Shown: positions 47,611 through 62,379, counted from the first letter of the stretch. The stretch is 64,000 nt of DNA from Squalus acanthias (GCA_030390025.1 CM059433.1:16742001-16806000); one strand, 5' to 3'. The notes: a model not told the origin generated them from the letters alone. Numbers and translations are program-made.

Positions 47611-50600
47611 GATCTAGCGCCCTCATAGAAGACAGGCTGTTTCCTGGCTGCCATGCATCTTGGTGATATCCAGAATACACTGTATGTGTAAAAGTCCTGA
47701 GTTCATCAACATCTGCACCAGCCCTTATCTGAGAAAAGCCGACAACTTCCGCGATGCTTTGTAGCAACTTGCAGCAAATCCTGGGACCTGAATTCAGGAC
47801 ACTGTGGGGAAAATGCAGTTCCCAGATCTTTCAGGGATGATTCAAAGGTTCAGTTGAAGGATCAAACCTCAGGGAATGGAGCAGAAGGCACGTGTGGGCT
47901 CAGCTACTTTAGCTGTTGGAAGCTGGGATCGGTGACTTTCTTGATAAGTGCTGTGATCTTTTCTCCCCACAGCTGTTGACTGAGCGCGGAAGACTCATTT
48001 CAGGCAGCTGCCAGAGTCGCCTAAAAATGGCCGAGATCAATTTAGCAGTGGCCCGAAGCCATGACCATCAGGCTCAGGCTTCTGTCCTGCTAAATTGGTT
48101 ATCGTTGCACCTGTTTAAGTCCCATAAATTGGGCACAACAATGTTAAATTTAGAGCACAAATAATTTACAGCTGAACATTCTCTTAAAAAGTGTACAAAG
48201 AGAGAAAGAAATGCAGTTAATTCCTGCTGGGTTGTTTTTTGACTGAGGTAATCTGGAATGTTGAGATAACAAGGAGGAGCCAAGCAGCTATCTATCTAGA
48301 TAAATATCTAACAACAATAATTAGTCTCTGATTCATCTGCCGATGTATCTAGTTAGAACATTCCTTCACAGGGTGTATGTGAGCAGTGGCCTTAAAGGAA
48401 CAAGCCAGAGTAGCTTCTAAACATTACAATCATGCTCCCGAACCCCCCAGACTACATATAAATAGATCTGCGGGAGATCAGCTACCATTGATAATATGAA
48501 TTATTTTAAAGAACTATCAGAAATAATTCACCAGCAAACTCCACTATGATAAGCTTACAATTCACATGGACTGTAGCAGAGGGAGAACATTTCTGGATGT
48601 TATCAGTTAGGGAGCTTAATGGAGGAGTTCTTTATGTTAGCCACACAATTTTTGGGGTTCACAGCAGAGTTGTTCAGCAAATCCTCCTGGGGCAAAGGAA
48701 AGAGAGATAAGCAGGGTCTCGTTGAAGTCAGATAGGCTCCCAGATGACATGCCTGGCAATGGAGGATTAGCACCAAGTCAATCCTTCATGCCAGACTCCG
48801 TAATCCAGGCAGATTTGCAGTCCTCCAGGGCACTGTGGATCATTAGCCACCCAGCCTGACTCCTTCATGGGATCTGGAGAAGTATCTGGACTTACTTTGC
48901 TCCAGATAACTCTGCAAATGGGTAAATTGTCCGAGATGGATAAGCAATGGGAATTTCACCCTTGGTATACCTTTCAGTTGTTTTTTGGCATGCATATTTT
49001 ACAGGGTCCTTGTTACCAGGCAGTCTAATAGTAATAGATGCGCTGAGGTTATATAGGGATCAAAGGGAAAAGTGGGGGGAGGGAATTTTATTCAATGCAT
49101 TTACTCCACAGAACAGGAATCTTGCTTTGCCATTCTTATACAAAAGCCTTGTCAATAACAGCTATTCAAATAGCTCCTGACCCAGTCGACACCAGTCCTT
49201 GCTTTAGAACAGTGTGAGCAAGCAGCAGAGATTCTAGTGCCACCTCTGCATAACGTTAGTCGGAGAGGGATGAGCTCTTCACATGGGAGCCCCTCCAACA
49301 ACAACAACTTGTATTTATATAGCGCCTTTAACGTAGAATAACGTCCCAAGGCGCTGCACAGGAGTATTGCTCCACTCAGCAATGTTCAAATGCCAATAAA
49401 ATGTTTAATGTTGGTGAAGAGCTGACAGCAGCGTCAGTTTCTAGCAATAATAAAGCTTAGAAAAAAGCCTGTACTCGACCACTGCGCGAATGAAATTATA
49501 AGTCGGGCAAGACTACCTCCATTAGGTGACCTCACACTTTAGGAAAGGGAACCTACCGTCTTTACCCGCTCTGGCCGATATGGGATTCCAGTTCCACACC
49601 AACGTGGTTGACTCTTAACTGCCCTCTGAAGGGGCCTAGCAAGTGACTCAGTTTTATCAAACTGTACCACCTTCTCAAAGGGCAACTAGGGATGGGCAAT
49701 AAATGTCAGCCTTGCCAGCGACGCCCACATCCCCAGAATTAAGTTTTTAAAAGTTACTTCTATTATATTGAACTATACAGAGATCATTAAACCACATTAA
49801 ATCTCAGTTTGACTGACCATAAATGAAAGTAGTATTCAATGGCATGAAAGGATTCTATGGGTAGATACCTACCAGAGATGATTGCAATGATACATTCAAC
49901 TTTAATCAAGGCTTACTTTGTTTTAGAGTGCTAACAAGAGCAAACTAGCTTTGTGAAGGTAAAGTGAAAACCATGAATCCTGGAAGTCGCAAAGGTCTTG
50001 GAAATGTACATTCAGCGTCTGAAAGAGAAAAAAACAGATCAATGTTTCAGGTGTAAATCCTTCATCAGAATTGACCATTTTTATTGCTTTGAGGTTTCAA
50101 CAAATGCGTGTAATATGAAGGCCTCAATTAAAGTATTAGTGATCAGGAAATATTTGAGTCAGCATTGGTCAATGAGCCATTTGTTTTCAGCTGTTGTAAA
50201 CATTCATGTTGGTAGACTGTCTTGCCGTCAAAGCCAGGGTCAGAGATCCATGGCTGCCTCAATCTAATCATTCAGACCCAAACTGGCCACAACTGAGTAA
50301 AGCTTCAGATCATAAGTATAATATTTTTAAGCAAAATACTGTTAAAATACACAGTGGTTTAGCATCAGGGTTTAAGGTGGAGATAGGACATCACTCCAAT
50401 GGGAATATGTCCCCATAGGACAATAAACCACACGTTGATTGTATATCCCAACTGGAACAAGTAACGCTCAGTCTCTACCTAGAATTCACTAAATGCTAGA
50501 TAGTCTGGGGCACTTCCTAAACGCTAACTCAATATCTCAAAACTCACACCATCTCTCAAGAGGAGACCATAGACCAGTGCAAGATGGAAAATAAGCCAAC

Positions 50601-50713
50601 AATAGCAGCTGAAGCCAGTCAAGGACAGGGACCCTAATCAGCAGGAGCAATAATTAGTGCAGGCAGAACCTTTATCTTCCCCCACTTCGATTGAACTCGG
50701 GAGACCAAGACCA

Positions 50714-52050
50714 AACAGCAAAGTGATGAAAGGTGTCGTCGACAGTGCTATCAAGCAGCACTTACTCACCAATAACCTGCTCACTGATGCCCAGTTTGGG
50801 TTCCGCCAGGACCACTCAGCTCCAGACCTCATTACAGCCTTGGTCTAAACATGGACAAAAGAGCTGAATTCCAGAGGTGTGGTGAGAGTGACTGCCCTTG
50901 ACATCAAGGCAGCATTTGACCGAGTGTGGCATCAAGGAGCCCCAGTAAAACTGAAGTCAATGGGAATCGGGGGGAAAACTCTCCACTGGCTGGAGTCATA
51001 CCTAGCACAAAGGAAGATGGCTGTGGTGGTTGGAGGTCAATCATCACAGCCCCAGGACATTGCTGCAGGAGTTTCTCAGGGCAGTGTCCTTGGCCCAACC
51101 ATCTTCAGCTGCTTCATCAATGACCTTCCCTCCATCATAAGGTCAAAAGTGGGGATGTTCGCTGATGACCGCACAGTGTTCAGTGTCATTCGCAATTCCT
51201 CAGATAATGAAGCAGTCCATGCCCGCATGCAGCAAGACCTGGACGACATTCAGGCTTGGGCTGATAAGTGGCAGGTAACATTCACGCCACACAAGTGCCA
51301 GACAATGACAGTCTCCAACAAGCGAGCGTCTAACCACCGCCCCTTGACATTCAACGGCATTACTGAATCCCCCACCATCAATATCCTTGGGGGTCACCAT
51401 TGACCAGAAACTTAACTGGACCAGCCACAGAAATACTGTGGCAACAAGAGCAGGTCAGAGGCTGGGTATTCTGTAGCGAGTGTCTCACCTCCTGACTCCC
51501 CAAAGCCTTTCCACCATCTACAAGGCACAAGTCAGGAGTGTGATGGAATACTCTCCACTTGCCTGGATGAGTGCAGCTCCAACAACACTCAAGAAGCTCG
51601 ACACCATCCAAGACAAAGCAGCCCGCTTGATTGGCACCCCATCCACCACCTTAAACATTCACTCCCTCCACCACCAGCATACCGTGGCTGCAGTGTGTAC
51701 CATCTATAAGATGCACTGCAGCAACTCGCCAAGGCTTCTTCGGCAGCACCTCCCAAACCCGCGACCTCTTTCACCTAGAAGGACAAGGGCAGCATGGGAA
51801 CATCACCACCTCCAAGTTCCCCTCCAAGTCACACACCATCCTGACTTGGAAGTATATCGCCGATCCTTCATCATCGCTGGGTCAAAATCCTGGAACTCCC
51901 TCCCTAACAGCACTGTGGGAGTACCTTCACCACACGGACTGCAGCGGTTCAAGAAGGTGGCTCACCACCACCTTCTCAAGGGCAATTAGGGATGGGCAAT
52001 AAATGCTGGCCTTGCCAGCGACGCCCACATCCCATGAACAAATAAAATAA
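50714..52050 (+). mobile_element. CR1-like LINE RT and 3' UTR
   Basis: AQFGFRQDHS, ALDIKAAFDRVWH, QGSVLGP...FINDLP, FADD, VRSVMEYSPLAW, ending in an A-rich tail. Confidence 0.9.
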
Positions 52051-53019
52051 AGTCGCTTTAACTCTTAATTATGCATTTCCTCAGCATATATACTGCCATG
52101 CCAACAGACATATTGTATCAAGGCCCTTACCTGCCAGCCTCATGTAGTCAGTGTACAATGGCACTAGAAATCATGTATTTGTACCTGCAAATTCTAGAAA
52201 ATTTAAACAGATAAAACCCCAGGGTTGAAGTATCCTCTTGTGGTGACTGGCAGTGCTGAGAATGTTGACTGGTACAAGTTCACAATACCATCTGCAGGCA
52301 CTTGGTGGATTTGCAGCTGGTTCTGTACCTGTGAAACAAACCTTGAAACCATGATATCTGGATGTTTGCCGATCACAACTTGACAAGTTTACATGAAATT
52401 CTTTTGGCCTTTATTTTGATGGAGACAAGTTCAACAATGCAATGAAATTAAGTTTTCAAATATTAATATTAGGGCACCAGCTGGGCTCAGTTGTGGGTTC
52501 AAGCCTTGAACACACGCAGTAGGAATTTCCTTGGGGCTTCTCCCGCTCTGCCGTCGTAGGTTTGGTGGAAATCCTGTTTTTGTATGCAAATGGAATTTCT
52601 ACCGGAGTTACAGTAGAGGAGCGTGAGAAGCCCTGAGGAAATTCAGGGCAATAATCTAGGCTGACACTCAAGTGCGGTCCTGAGGGGATGTTGTATCGTG
52701 GGAGTTGCCATCTTGCAGGAGAGACAATAAACTGATTCAGATGGTTTAGGGGACACAAAAGATCGTGTGTCACTATTCAAAGAAGAATAGGGAATTCTCC
52801 TGGTCTCTTGACCAACATTCCTCCCTCAACCAATACCACCAAAAACAATTTAACTGGTCATTCATTTCATTTACTATTTATGGGAACTTGCTGTGGCAAA
52901 TTGCCATATTTACTTGCGTAATAACATTGACTGCACTTCAAAAGTAATCGATTAGTTGTGAAGCACTTTGGTATGTCCTGAGGAAGCTCTTTCTTTCTCG
53001 CTTGCTGGAAACTCCCTCC

Positions 53020-53575
53020 ACAGTACTGTGCACAGTTCTGGTCTCCATACTATAAAAAGGACATAGAAACACTGGAGAAAGTGCAAAAAAGATTTACCAG
53101 GCTGGTACCAGAACTGAGAGATTATAGCCATCGGGAAAGATTGACCAGGTTGGGGCTTTTTTCTTTAGAGAAGGGAAGATTTAGAGGTGAACTGATAGAG
53201 GTTTTTTTAATTATGAATGGGTTGGACGGGGTAGGTGTGGAGAGAATGTTTCCACTTGTGGGACAATCCAAAACTAGGGGCCATAAATACAGGATAGTTA
53301 TTAATAAATCCAACAGAGAAATAAGGAGAAATTTCTTTACTCAGAGAGGGGTTAGAAGGTGGAACTCCCTACCACAGGAAGTGGTTGCGGCGAATAGCTT
53401 AGATGCTTTCAAAAGGAAACTAGACGAGTACATGAGAGAAAAGGGAATAGAAAGATTTGGTGAAAAACTGAGACGAGGCAGATAGATTGGAAGGAGACTC
53501 ATGTGGAGTATAAACACCAGCACAGACTAGTTGGGCCAAATGGCCTGTTTCTGTGCTGTATATGTAATCCTACGT
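53020..53575 (+). mobile_element. CR1 LINE 3' fragment
   Basis: QKRFTRLVPELR...RRNFFTQRGVRRWNSLP. Confidence 0.88.
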
Positions 53576-54419
53576 AATAATTTTAACACCTAATAACTGT
53601 GGAAATGAAGGGTTCTGTATTATCTCAACAATGGATTATTTGCACTGTTTCCGTTAGTTACAACTCCTTCATAGTTCAGAAAAGAAACAGTGGCAACGAT
53701 CACCAGTGGCATTTCCTAGGATATAAATCCTGACTGGATGGTTGCAAGCTAATTGTGATTTCCTCTTCAAATGAAGGACTCAAGAGACTAATACCAGCAT
53801 TTCTTTATATTATTAGTTTGAATCTGGTAGATGGTAGCAGTTATTACAATACAGGTGCAGATGCCACAGAAAGAATTAAAGTCTTGGATAATAGGACACA
53901 TCCGTAGGGTGTCATATCTCAATATTGTCCATTAGAAAAGAAATCATGGCAGGCTGAAATAACCACCTGTTAAGTTAATGATACTAAATGGTTGAAAATC
54001 TATTGAAGAAATATGAAGCAATGAAAAACCACATTTACTAGACAGAGAAAAAAGCTACCAATCAGCAATGAGCAAGCACCACAAAGCCAGTCAATTAAAG
54101 CTCTCTGTCTTTTCAAGCCCAGCAATCCAACGCTTACCACAAAACACACTAATCAAAGAATGTTTTCAAACCATTTCAGCCTTAGGTCAGTGTATATAGG
54201 AATACATAACAATGACAAACATGTTAAACAAATTACAAGATTCTGGAAAAATCTGAAACCAACCCACAAAATGAGTCACTTTAATGTCAGAAATGCCCGC
54301 AAGACGTTTTCTCTGCACAAAACTATCCTTCCCTGAGGTTTGAGTTCAGCTTCAGTCTCAAAGCTGGAATTTTCACCTTCACTTTTCTGCCGACAGCTGC
54401 TTGCCTGGTTGTTCACTCC

Positions 54420-54704
54420 GGCTGCCTGCCTCTCCTCCGCGGCCATGTTCGCGCCCAGGTGGCCCTGGAGATGGAGCGCGCGGTGTCCGCCGGCACGCTC
54501 GAGGCCTTCCACGACCGGTGGGCACCGCAGGGACTGGAGGGCATTGTCGACACTGTAACTAATATTGTGATTTAATTTGATAAGTTTCCTTTGTTTTTTT
54601 ATTCATAATTTGGAGTTTATTGTTTGTGCCCCTTTAAAAAGGAGGCACTTTTGTTAATTTGATTTCGATTGATGACACAGTCATCCTGATTGGCAATTAA
54701 AAAG
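54420..54704 (+). mobile_element. Tx1/L1-like non-LTR element 3' end
   Basis: CpG-rich RGHVRAQVALEMERAVSAGTLEAFHDRWAPQGLEGIV..* followed by a T-rich UTR. Confidence 0.55.
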
Positions 54705-54738
54705 AGGAGAAATGCCTTCCTGATGCAGTGTCACCCCA

Positions 54739-55206
54739 GTGTCAGCTGTGGCTCAGTGGGTAGCACACTCGCCTCTGAGTCAGAAGGTTGTGGGTTCTAA
54801 GTCCCACCCCAGGGACTTGCACACATAAAGCTAGACTGACACTCTAGTGCAGTGCTGAGGGAGTGCCGCACTGTCAGAGGTGCCATCTTTCGGATGTTAA
54901 ACCGAGGCCCCATCTGCTCTCTCAGGTGGACGTAAAAGATTCCGTGGCACTATTTCGAAGAAGAGCAGGGGTGTTATCCCCGGTGTCCTGGCCAATATTT
55001 CTCCCTCAACCAACATAACAAAAACAAATTATCTGGTCATTTTCACATTGCTGTTTGTGGGAGCTTGCTGTGCGCAAATTGGCTGCTGCGTTTCCCACAT
55101 TACAACAACAACTCCACTTCAAAAAAAAGTACTTAATTGGCTGTAAAGTGCTTTGAGACGTCCGGTGGTCGTGAAAGGTGCTATATAAATGCAAGTCTTT
55201 CTTTTT
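54739..55206 (+). mobile_element. Full-length tRNA-head Deu-domain SINE (SacSINE1-like)
   Basis: A box tggctcagtggg, B-box-like gggttctaagtcc, conserved body, and an L2-like tail aaaggtgctatataaatgcaagtctttc. Confidence 0.85.
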
Positions 55207-57945
55207 AATGGCTGAGATTCTCCAGGTTCAGTTACACACTACCTTAACCAATTGAGTCATCCAGAAAAGATCCTTTTATCCCACTTTTTAAAAATACATT
55301 CTCCCTGCACAGTGGCCAAAACAAGAAGAGGAAAAACTGCTGCGTCAGTTTGCAAGCCAGCTCTGGAATGTAATGTGAAGGGGGCAGGCAGTACTGTGGA
55401 TTAGATCTGTAACCGAGAAAAAGAAAAACGGTTTTGGGTCAGTGGGGAGAGAGGGAAGAATAAAGAAAGAAATAAAGTATCGGCCTAATTCACCATGGGA
55501 GATGCAGCAAAAAAAAAATGTATAATATAAATATTTCTGAGAATAAGTGGTTTTGGGTAGGAAAGGATAAAGTTACTGAGATCTTAAGCAGTTTTCGTGA
55601 AGTCGTGGGTAAGTAGTATTGTAAACTCATAGCAGCCTGCTGAGCCACCACACTGCAGTGTAGCAGATCTTCCACCTGCCGATTGGCCCTCGCGTGGATC
55701 CCATCTCAAATCCTGGGGCCATTAGCGCAGAGAGGGCAGATGCCCTATCAGTCATGGTGCTGCCTAGGTGTTTGGCCTGTGGAGTCCTGGAATTATCGAA
55801 TGGCACCTTGCTGCTTCACCGGGGGGGAGGGGTGAAATGGGTCTTTCTGTCCAAACTGTCAGAAGAGCATATTTCTCTTAGGGAAACCATCCTATTTGCA
55901 CTTGTCACTTTCTTAACGGTGGTCAGTTGTTCTGCGCCAGCATGTGACTGCACTGAGGGCAAAGGAGGTGCATCTGGCGGGATTTCTGGTAGGTACCAGT
56001 CCCACTTCCTTTTCTTACATAAGCACGGGAGAGCTTAGACATAAGAAGTGACCGTACGCCCGTCAGAATTTCACTATGGGTCCTGTCCCAAATTCCAGTT
56101 CCCCTGCTTGATGTATGGCACAGAAGTACCCTCCCAAGTCGAGGAATTTCAGGGATATTTTATCTATGAGCACTATGTCTTAGCATCAGTAAGGTAAGTG
56201 GTATTATATCTTATGTCAGTCATTTGACATATTGCTTCAGCCAACTTGTTGCATGACAATAAGAGGCAGGTCACTGTTTCCATTTAGGCTGCAGCGGGAC
56301 TGTGGTAAACTACGCTAAAGGTCCTTGTCTAGTCAAGGACAACACCATGGAGAATCGACCGTCGCCTTTTTTAAAGGATAAAGACTGAACATACTGCTGT
56401 TGGTCTCAGTACTGTTGTGCACTTCAAAAACACTTGTTTATGGCGCCATCTTGTGTAAATGGTCATAAAAGACATTACACAAACAGCAAGAACAATTAAT
56501 GCATTTTCTGCTATTAGAGCCACTTCCACCTTTTGTTTGTCTACTGTCTTAGGTTTAAGAGTAACTCAAGCTCTGTTCAAATTCATTTAGGTTAGGTAAT
56601 TTATTGCATCAGAATTATGAACCATTTCATATTTAATAATTGTAATCTTTATTTTGCTTTTCTATACTGAACTATGTTTTTTTCCCCCAAAAAAAGTACT
56701 AGCATAACCGTGTGTGAACTATATCCCTTGATTTATATTCCACCATTTAATTCAAAAGTTGATCAGAATTTTGGACCCCGGATGCATATTTTTCTTTTTG
56801 TGTAAAGTTTTTCTCAAATTGCTTTACCTCCTCAGAGTTTTTCACTGTAACACGTGCTGATTATTTTGAATGCACACCAGTTATGTGAGTCCAGAAAATG
56901 TCACAATGTTAATTAATGAAAACACAATCCACTCTTTCTACTAAATAAGTAACAGTCTCTTTAACGTCATTTGTCACCTTCTTACTTCGAGTAAGAAGAA
57001 ACATGTTGAAAAATTCCAGCAAGGGTCAGCACTGAAGATACACAAACTGTACAGACTGAAGTACTACAGGGGTTACTGAAGGTAAATGGCTATGATTACA
57101 CCATTGTGGATCTGATGGCCACCCATGATCATCGGTTTGGAAGAACCTGCAACTCAGATCAGCACATAGAAAAATAAACTACACAGTAATGACAACTGCA
57201 TAACTGTTGTTATGTTGACTAACGGCAGCTGGAACAGGACAGGTTTATCTTTGGTAAACCAGAAGCTTCTGATATCTATATTTTCTGAGCCCAATTACTG
57301 TTTTAGCTGTAAGAAAGATGAACTTGCATTTGTGTAGCACCTTTCGCGACTTCAAAACGTTCCGAAATGCTTCACAGCCACTTTTTGAAGTGTTTGATGT
57401 CCCTATAGTTTAGTTCAATTTCTATCTCACAAATCAACAACAAAATAGAGCTTGAGAAGCTTTTGGTTTAATACATGTTCATAAATACTTCAAGATTTCA
57501 ATGCACAAGACTTTAAGAAGTCCCTGCACTTCATGATGTGGAAAATCATGAGTTTCAAATAGGAATTCATATGCATCTACATAAAATGAAATATTTAATT
57601 GGAACCGTGGAATGCAGGGAATATGCTTGGAGTTTTCTTTTCTTTAGGGATAAACCTGAGAGTAGAGCAGCTACTTCCTAATGCAGGAGCAAGAGGCAGG
57701 AGTTAAAACCCCAAATTGCAACTGAAATGGTGATTTTTATGTCTGTCACTTCTTGTACTAATTGTGGAATTTTAATGCTCCTATAATCATTAACTGTCCG
57801 TACCAGTGAGTAGCTAATTAAATAAAACTCAACTCAAATATTAACGTGCAGATTTTTCAAGCTGTGTTGCTAAGTTGCAGCACACACTTGCAACTCCTCT
57901 CTGTTATGAATTAATAACTGCAACATATATTCAGTTACAACATTA

Positions 57946-58445
57946 CGCTGGAGAGGGTGTGCAGAGATGATTTACAAGGATGATGCCAGAAATGCGAGGG
58001 TATACATATCAGGAAAGGTTGAATAGGCTGGGTCTCTTTTCTCTTGAAAAAAGAAGGCTGAGGGGTGACCTAATTGAGGTCTTTAAAATTATGAAAAATT
58101 TTGATAGAGTGGATACAGAGAGAATGTTTCCACTTGTGGGGAAGAGCATAACTAGAGGCCATCAATATAAGATAGTCACCAAGAAATCCAATAGGGAATT
58201 CAGAAGAAACTTCTTTACCCAGAGAGTGGTGAGAATGTGGAACTCGCTACCACAGGGAGTGGTTGAAGCGAATAGTATAGATGCATGTAAGGGGAGGCTA
58301 GACAAGCATATGAGGGAGAAGGGAATCGAGGGTTATGCTGATAGACTTAGATAAGGAAAGATGGGAGGAGGCTCGTGTGGAGCATAAACGCCGGCATGGA
58401 CTGGTTGGGCCGAATGGCCTGTTTCTGTGCTGTATGTCCTATGTA
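57946..58445 (+). mobile_element. CR1 LINE 3' fragment (same subfamily as 62880-63850)
   Basis: RGYTYQERLNRLGLFSLEKRRLRGDLIEVFK. Confidence 0.9.
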
Positions 58446-58569
58446 AAAGATTGCAAATTTATAAATTCTTGCAAACTCATATCTTGCAACAATAAAAGTA
58501 GTTGCCCCCTCACACAATGTTCTCTGTCACATCTCCAATGGCGCATACTCTCAGTTCTGTCATGCTTAC

Positions 58570-58938
58570 TAGCAGTGCTGAGGGAGTGCTGCGCTGTCGG
58601 AGGTGCCGTCTTTCGGATGAGACGTTAAACTGAGGCCCTGTTTGCTCTCTCAGGTGGACCTAAAAGATCCCATGGCACTATTTCGAAGAAGAGCAGGGGA
58701 ATTATCCTCAGTGTCATGGCCAATATTTATCCCTCAATCAACATCACTAAAAAACAGATTATCTGGTCATTATCACATTGCAGTTTGTGGGAGTTTGCTG
58801 TGCGCAAAATGGCTGCCGTGTTTCCTACATTACAATAGTGACTATACTTCAAAAAGTACTTCATTGGCTGTAAAGCGCTTTGGGAAGTCCGGTGATCATG
58901 AAAGGCGCTATAGAAATGCAAGTCTTTCTGTCTTTCTC
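58570..58938 (+). mobile_element. Deu-domain SINE, 5'-truncated
   Basis: Matches the body and tail of 54739-55206. Confidence 0.82.
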
Positions 58939-59018
58939 TAGTACCAAATTCACACAATTTTGCCAGAGTTGCCTCTTCTGCAGATGTAGCAATACTCAGT
59001 ATAGCCACGAGACACACA

Positions 59019-60534
59019 GGGAAAAATTCAGTAGCTTAGCGCCTCCCGTTAGCACCTGCAGATGGCAGTAATGGGGCACTGATGCAGTAGTGCGGGGCAT
59101 GGCAAATCCAGCGGTGCACGGCAAATCCGGCCCCCCCCCCCCCATTGCGTCGCCGGTATGAGGTACCGCCAGGGACTTCAACGCCAGGCAGATTGTGACG
59201 TCAGTGAGCGTGCAACGCTCAATGGGCACCTGATCTGGACAATTCATTGTCACCGCTTACCTTGGCACCTCAACCAGACAACGACAGGGAGAGCTGGCCT
59301 ATAGCTGCAGGGAGCCGGCTCCAGCAATGTTATTTAAAGGCATCAGTATTAATCCTCACAGCTGTCAGGGCAGGTTAGTTTCAGTGGTTTCTTGTCAGTT
59401 TCACCCAGTGGAACAGTATGTATGAGTAATTTCAAGCTTCTTTTGTATCAGCAGTCTTCTGGCAAGTGCAAAGTAGCTACATTTATTGCTCAAAGATTCA
59501 AACTGCTACACTTGGCAACATTAATGGGAGCTGTACTGGCATGCCACCTCGGCCTCCAGGATCTACGGAGGAGGGAGCGTAGACAGCGAGAAATACGGGA
59601 CCATGTGGCCAGAGGGATGAGGAGGGACATCAGGGCTCTCACCAGGAGGCCTTACACTCTGAGGGTATTCCGACAGCACCTCTCCTACCTTCAATTAAGC
59701 GAGGAACAGTGTATTAGATGGCTCCGCATCACCAAGGTGGTGGTCACAGATCTCTGCCACCTCCTCCAAACAGACCTCCAGCCTCACACCAGGATGACTT
59801 AAACCCCACATCCCTTTTGCTCACCACATGTAAATCATACCATCCCTGTGTCATGGCATATCACAGCGTCCTCCTGGGCACAAAGGTGAAATGAGAGAGA
59901 CCACAAAATATTGCAAACTCCATTAATAAATTTATACATAAACATATCACACATATCACATTCATTCTAATAACTAATGACCCTTGTGCATGCAATAGTT
60001 GAATAGTTACAATTGTGTGCAAGGCATGAGATGTGGATGTGAGTGTTGGTAGGTAGAGATTGTTGGTGGCTGACCGCTGGAGGTGTAGTGCTTTGGGCAG
60101 TGTGTGAAGCTTGTGGTAGCATTTGTTGAAGCATTCAATCACCCTGACCACCCGACTGAGGTGGATCTGCCATGAGCACACCTGCTTCAGTCCTCCGGCT
60201 CCTTCTCCTTGTTGTGCTTCTCCTTGCTGAGGCAGCTGCACAGCCAGCAATGCTGAGAATGAGGTGCTGCCGTATCAATGAACTTCCCCTTTAAGTACTG
60301 GGAAAAGCCTGTGGCAATGATGAGTTGAGATTAGACTGCACCCGATATTGGTCCACCCTTTCAGTGTAACACCACTGAGCTAGGCCGTTAAGACTTGATT
60401 TAGCACCCCAATCATTTCTTTGAGCAGTGAGAATGAATTTTGCCTGCAGTCTAAAGCATTAGCGCTTGGCGCTAATTCTCAACCTTTTCTAAAGATACCG
60501 CCCATTCCTGGGCTATAATGAATTTCTAGTCCCC
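59019..60534 (+). mobile_element. Internally deleted Harbinger element with transposase N-terminus
   Basis: Left end resembles 25246 (gggaaaaattcag...gcgcctcccgttagc). RRPYTLRVFRQHLSYLQLSEEQCIRWLRITKVVVTDLCHLL resembles the HARBI1-type N-terminus. Confidence 0.65.
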
Positions 60535-61100
60535 AGTTTTCAGTGAACTGCTCAGTTCTTGGAATTTTGGATAGCACACAAAATTCCTCTTTTTAACCTC
60601 TCTGCATTCCTGTCTCCTATTTTCATGCCAAATAGCCCCTGCCTGTGAGCCGCTTCCTCCTCAAATCCAACTACTAATAGGGAAGAAGCAATTGTTAATA
60701 TTGGCAGGAGAAACACAGAACATCTAACAAAACGATCTGCTGATATTAAAATAATTCACTGCTTCCTGCTTCACATAGCTTTCAGATATAGAACTACAAC
60801 CAAAAACTATTGTTTCATATTTAATGATGTAAACCACGAGTTCCTGAATGTGCAAAAAATAGAACATTATTCTAATGCACTGTTTGAGCTTCAGCCAAAC
60901 AGGAGATTCTAAATGAATGAGCATATTATGCAGATCCCGTTGTGAACTTATTAGAAAATCTTTGATGATTAAAAGGAACATTACAGTTTATTTGGCAGAT
61001 GTTCTTAACGTTTGGGTTGCACCATGAGTTACAATAGTCAGGTTTCACTCCACAGTTTTGGTAAAATTTAGACTAAAGCTACCAAAGAACTGGAGATATT

Positions 61101-62360
61101 GGCCGAAATTTTCTTTACCTGGGCGGGTCTGGTGCGGGCGGTCGCCATGGCGGGTCACGAGCCCGTTGCTGGCTCCATCCTGCTCCACAGAACGACTTTA
61201 TGTTAATGGGGCCTAGTAAGCCTGCCCTGCGCGTTACCCGGCCCAATTAAAAGCTGCGGGTCTGGTGACGTCATCGATGACACGTTTTCAGCCAGGATAT
61301 TTAAAGGTTGAAGGTTCATCTCAGAGTGTGCAGTCAGTGCAGTTCACTATTCCACTGCTGCACACACCACCAGAGATGACTGCACAGAGGCAGAGGGCTG
61401 CACCCAGGTTCTCCGATGACTCCCTCCATATGCTTGTGGAGAGAGTCAGAGCACGCATAGAAACATAGAAACATAGAAAAATAGGAGCAGGAGTAGGCCA
61501 CTCGGCCCTTCGAGCCTGCTCCGCCATTCAATATGATCATGGCTGATCCTCTATCTCAATACCATATTCCCACTCTCTCCCCATACCCCTTGATGCCTTT
61601 TGTGTCCAGAAATCTATCTATCTCCTTCTTAAATATATTCAGTGACTTGGCCTCCACAGCCTTCTGTGGTAGAGTATTCCACAGGTTCGCCACCCTCTGA
61701 GTGAAAAAATTTCTCCTCATCTCAGTCCTAAATGTCCTACCCCGTATCCTGAGACTGTGACCCCTCATTCTAGACCCCTCAGCCAGGGGAAACATCCTCC
61801 TTGCATCCAGTCTGACTAGCCCTGTCAGAATTTTATACGTTTCAATGAGATCCCCTCTCATTCTTCTAAACTCTAGTGAATACAGGCCTAGTCGACCCAA
61901 TCTCTCCTCATACGGCAGTCCTGCCATCCCAGGAATCAGTCTGGTGAATCTTCGCTGCACTCCCTCTATGGCAAGTATATCCTTTCTTCGGTAAGGAGAC
62001 CAAAACTGCACACAGTACTCCAGGTGTGGTCCCACCAAGGCCCTGTACAACTGTAGTAAGCACAGGGAGGTCCTCTTCCCTGCTGATGGGAGGAAGAGAC
62101 CTCCCCAGCAGAGCAAAGGAGCCTGGCTCCAAATAGCAGAGGAGGTGAATAGCAGGGATGTGGTCAGGAGGACCTGGGTGCAGTGCCGCAAATGCTTCAA
62201 TGATCTTGTTAGATCAGGAAAGGTGAGTCCAAAGCCGCACTCACCTTCATCCTGCTGTGCCTCTCATCAGATCCCCATCACTCTGCCTTCCCAACCCTAC
62301 CCCTGCACATCCTTACTCACACCAACATACCTTCCACCTCCACCCATCACCTATGTTCCC
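61101..62360 (+). mobile_element. Harbinger left arm with a Myb/SANT exon split by a CR1 insertion
   Basis: MTAQRQRAAPRFSDDSLHMLVERVRA (61376-61455) resumes as REVLFPADGRKRPP...WLQIAEEVNSRDVVRRTWVQCRKCFNDLVRSGK followed by gtgagt (~62060-62228). Confidence 0.8.
61457..62058 (-). mobile_element. CR1 LINE 3' fragment
   Basis: LLQLYRALVGPHLEYCVQFWSP... with a (catagaaa)n tail. Confidence 0.92.
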
Positions 62361-62379
62361 TCTAAGCTGTGCGCAGCAA

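Noticed and set aside
54739..54815. tRNA gene
   Set aside because: It is the tRNA-derived head of a SINE, with no full cloverleaf, and is continuous with the SINE body.
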